A stretch of 58,265 bases of DNA from Patescibacteria group bacterium. Lineage in GTDB: Bacteria > Patescibacteriota > Minisyncoccia > Phycocordibacterales > UBA918. A program made the position numbers and the translations under genes. The notes under the pieces are model-generated. The model saw only the letters and a list, made by a program, of their open reading frames with translations. It ran no database searches and was not told the DNA's origin. Positions 56,101 to 58,265 of this stretch are shown here, piece by piece. The DNA lies in contig JBBTRC010000007.1 in the NCBI GenBank assembly GCA_038065355.1, forward strand, positions 118,580 to 176,844, given 5' to 3'. Numbering within the stretch: the first letter of the stretch is position 1; every line of letters begins with the position of its first letter.

Positions 56101-56407
56101 TATAGCGCTCGCTGGAATTGTGGTGAACAACTCTATCTTGCTTATTGACATGATGAACCAGTTGCGAAAACAAAATCCAAATCGCCCAGTCCGCGATATC
56201 ATCATCGAAACAGCCGGCAGTCGTCTACGACCCATTTTACTCACTTCGCTCACCACCGTTATTGGTATGGTACCGCTCACGTACGCTGGCGACCTGTGGG
56301 CGCCGCTTGCCTACGCGGTCATGTTTGGTTTGGTGTTTTCCGTCATGATTACACTGGTTTTGATTCCTATTGTTTACCAAAAAAATCCAGGAGTAGTCGA
56401 ACGCTAG
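53141..56407 (+). CDS. RND-superfamily efflux permease (AcrB/AcrD/AcrF family)
   Basis: 1088-aa ORF with a duplicated 6-TM plus large-loop architecture and a typical N-terminus (FFIKNNRFAYLFLIALTGFGLYSL…PKESAPEV). Confidence 0.9.
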   Translation: MWEFFIKNNRFAYLFLIALTGFGLYSLVAIPKESAPEVVIPVGVVTTVFPGAPAADVEALVTNEIERDLSSLENVKKITSTSREGVSSVVVEFEADADLDASIQDLKDEVDKIVSELPEDAEDPFVSEVNFVDQPILTIAVSADLTDFEFTALADKVEREIESITGISRVETQGVRNREVTIIVDQEALQRFDISLSDITMALRNANLTFPIGQIVNDGIAYNVAFEGDIDDSTEIPYIGIASRNGQPVFVKDVATVEDGLAPATSLSRLSIDGQPSQNSISLNVYKQSGGDITEIARNVNARLEELKRPNELLDGIQTVTILDAGKDIEKDLINLSTSGLQTIVLVVGLLIVAIGWREGLLAGLAIPLTFLFGFIGLYLSGNTINFLSLFALILGIGILVDSAIVMIEGINRRMKDDPTIDKNEAAVKAIREFAAPLISGTLTTVAMFVGLFIVSGVIGQFISSIPFTLIFILLASMVIALAIVPLLASKFLHRRSATTFEQKQVEYAHRLESWYQRHLTALLDSKRLQQQFLSLLFSALVFALSLPVNVIGGAIAGVLVYALSLKLYELQEKSHWRSWRRKLTWVSSQAVVIGLSFFITGLILPSVSLVKVTFFEQSDVDFLILEVENPEGTVKEVTDVDVRRVEELLYDEPEIESFAVTVGSGSQFGSGGSGEKFANIFISLREDRSRTSSEIVEDYRAQMTALRDLKISVTQPSDGPPTGAAIIVKFLGDDLNALTTLANSAAVIFRSLPDTVNVETSTNNNNTEFVLELDRARTAALGLNPFVVSQIARTAVFGTDATSLTTLTEDIDVVVKLNIENQTDVTNETANITTVSALERIVIPTESGSIPLSELVKVSLRESSTVIDHEDNERVVTVTADISATGNAREIQATALERINAELDVPENITISTGGGETDESNKAFIEMFLALVVGIVLMIAVLTLQFNSYLHTQYVLSILPYSLIGVMAGLAITQNPLSFPSMMGFIALAGIVVNNSILLIDMMNQLRKQNPNRPVRDIIIETAGSRLRPILLTSLTTVIGMVPLTYAGDLWAPLAYAVMFGLVFSVMITLVLIPIVYQKNPGVVER

Positions 56408-56433
56408 AAAAAACCCGCCAACTGGCGGGTTTT
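56408..56433. terminator. bidirectional Rho-independent terminator
   Basis: aaaaaa-cccgcc-aact-ggcggg-tttt, between convergent genes. Confidence 0.8.
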
Positions 56434-56435
56434 CC

Positions 56436-56960
56436 TTAGGCGGTAGTAGATTTTGTTTTCCTTGCCTTCAAAACTGCCATCAAGCCATTCACAATGGCCA
56501 CAGCCAACACCAGCCAAGCAATATAACCGAGCAAAAATTGCATTAAAGTGAAGCCTGTCATGTCGAGTATGGCGAGCGCCGACAAGGTGCCGAGGGTGTA
56601 CCAACTTCCCGCTTGGAGCGCCGGACCAAAAGTGCTCGGCATGAGGTGCGCGGTCATCAAGACCGCATTCACATACAATACAACGAGTGGAATAATTTGC
56701 CCCCAGGTAAAGGCAGAGAGTCCAGAAATTCCAACAGTAGCCCACGTATTGCCGACCAGCAGCACTGTAGTTCCTAGAATAAGCACCATGGCGACTCGCA
56801 ACACCACATACACTACCCCCATCATTTTTCGTTCTGTTTCGTCGATCTTTCCGTCGGCGATCGCCACAAAAAAGTTTGTGATGGCAAGCGTCGAAGACCC
56901 TACCCCAAGCGAAATTGCAAACGACTGAATAATCGCGACCAGCGTTAAAAACATTGTCAT
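56436..56960 (-). CDS. hypothetical integral membrane protein
   Basis: ~5 TM helices. Start placed at MTMFLTLVAI… to avoid overlapping the upstream gene; the ORF extends to 57074. Confidence 0.5.
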   Translation of the reverse strand: MTMFLTLVAIIQSFAISLGVGSSTLAITNFFVAIADGKIDETERKMMGVVYVVLRVAMVLILGTTVLLVGNTWATVGISGLSAFTWGQIIPLVVLYVNAVLMTAHLMPSTFGPALQAGSWYTLGTLSALAILDMTGFTLMQFLLGYIAWLVLAVAIVNGLMAVLKARKTKSTTA

Positions 56961-57064
56961 ACAAGCATAGTCTATCAGAGATTTTTGACCGAAAGATGCA
57001 GTGTTGTGCACTACGTTACTTTGCGTAGATAAAAAAACTGCCTCGGTGTGAGCCGAGGCAGGTC

Positions 57065-57676
57065 TTAAATCCATTTGTTTTGCCGGTACTTTAGCCTATG
57101 CCACACCATCGGTGTAGTAATAGCTAACGCGCCGACAAACATGTAGACCGGAAGCGCGTAGTTTGCGAAGGTGTGCTCGGTAATAGCAAAAATGGATAAA
57201 CCATATGCCACTCCAAACATTGCCCACGCAAAGGGCCGTTCGTTCATTGGCTCTCGCACCATACCCATGAAAATGGGAATAGACGCGCAGGCGTCCGCAC
57301 CGATTGATAAGTAGAGTGCGTACTGCGCCAACGACTGATCTCGCCGCACGAAAACCCACATTGCAAAGGATACCATTCCAACCGCCAGACACACTCGCTC
57401 AAGTTGATTGAGGCGTTGCCAGCCGGTGCTTCTAAGAGCAGTGAGGAGAAGAACGACAGTTGGGTTAATGGCTCCCAACACTGCTGGCCAGACGTTCGCC
57501 TTTGCACCGGAGCTATCGTACGTGAGAAGTAACGTCCATCCGATGAGAGTCCACAAAAACCAACTGGTGGGGTTCGTTTGGATTTTACGTTGCCAAATAC
57601 GGTAGACATATGGAATGACGCTCACCAACACCAAACCGGCGGAAAGCAAGCCGATAGTTTGAGGATTGAGAGGCAA
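57065..57676 (-). CDS. hypothetical integral membrane protein (203 aa)
   Basis: ~6 TM helices. TTG start 5 nt after GGAGG. Confidence 0.6.
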   Translation of the reverse strand: MPLNPQTIGLLSAGLVLVSVIPYVYRIWQRKIQTNPTSWFLWTLIGWTLLLTYDSSGAKANVWPAVLGAINPTVVLLLTALRSTGWQRLNQLERVCLAVGMVSFAMWVFVRRDQSLAQYALYLSIGADACASIPIFMGMVREPMNERPFAWAMFGVAYGLSIFAITEHTFANYALPVYMFVGALAITTPMVWHRLKYRQNKWI

Positions 57677-57840
57677 AGTAACCTCCTTTCAAAGAGCTAG
57701 TTAAGGACAATTTCAGCAAATATAGTAACACATCTTAAACAAAAAATCAAATTTTGTCTGTGCAAAAGAAAAACGGAGCCGAGTATTCGGTTCCGCCCTT
57801 ACTTCTTCCTATTCAAAGTAAAGGAAAGAGCGTCCGCAGG

Positions 57841-57957
57841 TTATACCTTTGGACGCCCATTTTTATCATTGTCTTGCAGCATTTTGCCGGAGAGGAACTC
57901 CTGGTAGTTTACTGAGTCACCAGTAGGTCCGACCCCTGTTGCAATGCCGCGAGTCAT
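57841..57957 (-). CDS. candidate small ORF (38 aa) translationally coupled to the upstream partial gene
   Basis: Translated by hand: MTRGIATGVGPTGDSVNYQEFLSGKMLQDNDKNGRPKV. Its ATG overlaps the upstream TAA as TAATG. Confidence 0.3.
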   Translation of the reverse strand: MTRGIATGVGPTGDSVNYQEFLSGKMLQDNDKNGRPKV

Positions 57958-58265
57958 TAGAACTCGATGCGACTACCGTCGGAACGGAAAAATTCTTCGG
58001 TAGCTTGGACGTGATTCCGAAGATACCCCAGAAAGCTTGCGAGGTCTTCCGCGCCTTCTCCGCAAAGCCCTTTCAGGCTTTGCCCGTCCCATTCAGGAAG
58101 GCTCACGAGGACGCTTGTTGAGATCGTGGAATCTGAGTCGTTGTCGATGATCGTGGCGCGATCATCAGAGACAAAGATGGATCCTTTCGCAAAACAAGGA
58201 GCGATGGCATCACGAACTGCTTTCGCAAAGGAGCCTCGTTTGTCCTCTTCGCGTTCCGGACGCAG
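57957..58265 (-). CDS. 3' part of an ORF running off the window edge (102 codons visible), unknown function
   Basis: Open minus-strand frame from 58265 to the TAA at 57957-57959 (…SLPEWDGQSLKGLCGEGAEDLASFLGYLRNHVQATEEFFRSDGSRIEF). Absent from the ORF track because no start codon is in the window. Confidence 0.45.
   Translation of the reverse strand: MRPEREEDKRGSFAKAVRDAIAPCFAKGSIFVSDDRATIIDNDSDSTISTSVLVSLPEWDGQSLKGLCGEGAEDLASFLGYLRNHVQATEEFFRSDGSRIEF

Noticed and set aside
1-58265. Scan for CRISPR arrays, tRNA/rRNA genes, transposases, integrases, and reverse-transcriptase/DGR repeats.
   Set aside because: There are no regularly spaced direct repeats, no tRNA cloverleaf signatures in intergenic regions, and no ORF with transposase, integrase or RT motifs. 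The only multi-copy element is the hairpin repeat reported above.

Overview
This 58.3-kb window looks like it comes from a small-genome, CPR/Patescibacteria-like bacterium. That origin is an inference from trimmed housekeeping proteins and lineage-typical hypothetical families. The standard genetic code applies, and TGA is used as a stop. There are about 60 protein genes, and from 136 to 47594 every one I call except a single 41-codon candidate sORF lies on the minus strand. Content includes: a partial cell-wall/division block (M23 peptidase, gltX, murG, ftsW, mraY, S11 carboxypeptidase, scpB, scpA); five aminoacyl-tRNA synthetases (gltX, aspS, trpS, alaS, leuS); grpE-dnaK-dnaJ; the infA-rpmJ-rpsM-rpsK-rpsD-rpoA-rplQ-rplM-rpsI block; peptidases (pepA, pepF, sppA); small DNA-repair and nuclease genes; a sensor kinase; and a plus-strand HlyD/RND efflux pair. 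I saw no rRNA, tRNA, CRISPR array, transposase or integrase. Four things are most worth a second look. (1) A complete Nudix hydrolase domain with a perfect Nudix box is inserted inside leucyl-tRNA synthetase. (2) A three-copy structured hairpin repeat on the coding strand shows compensatory base changes, with two copies between dnaK and dnaJ and one downstream of an unrelated gene. (3) Two plus-strand units bounded by promoter and terminator (a 41-codon sORF and a ~185-nt candidate sRNA) split the scpA-scpB pair. (4) A ~590-bp highly structured spacer sits upstream of a consensus, near-leaderless grpE promoter. AspRS and AlaRS also show domain losses. Every functional call rests on motif recognition by eye; no database search was possible.
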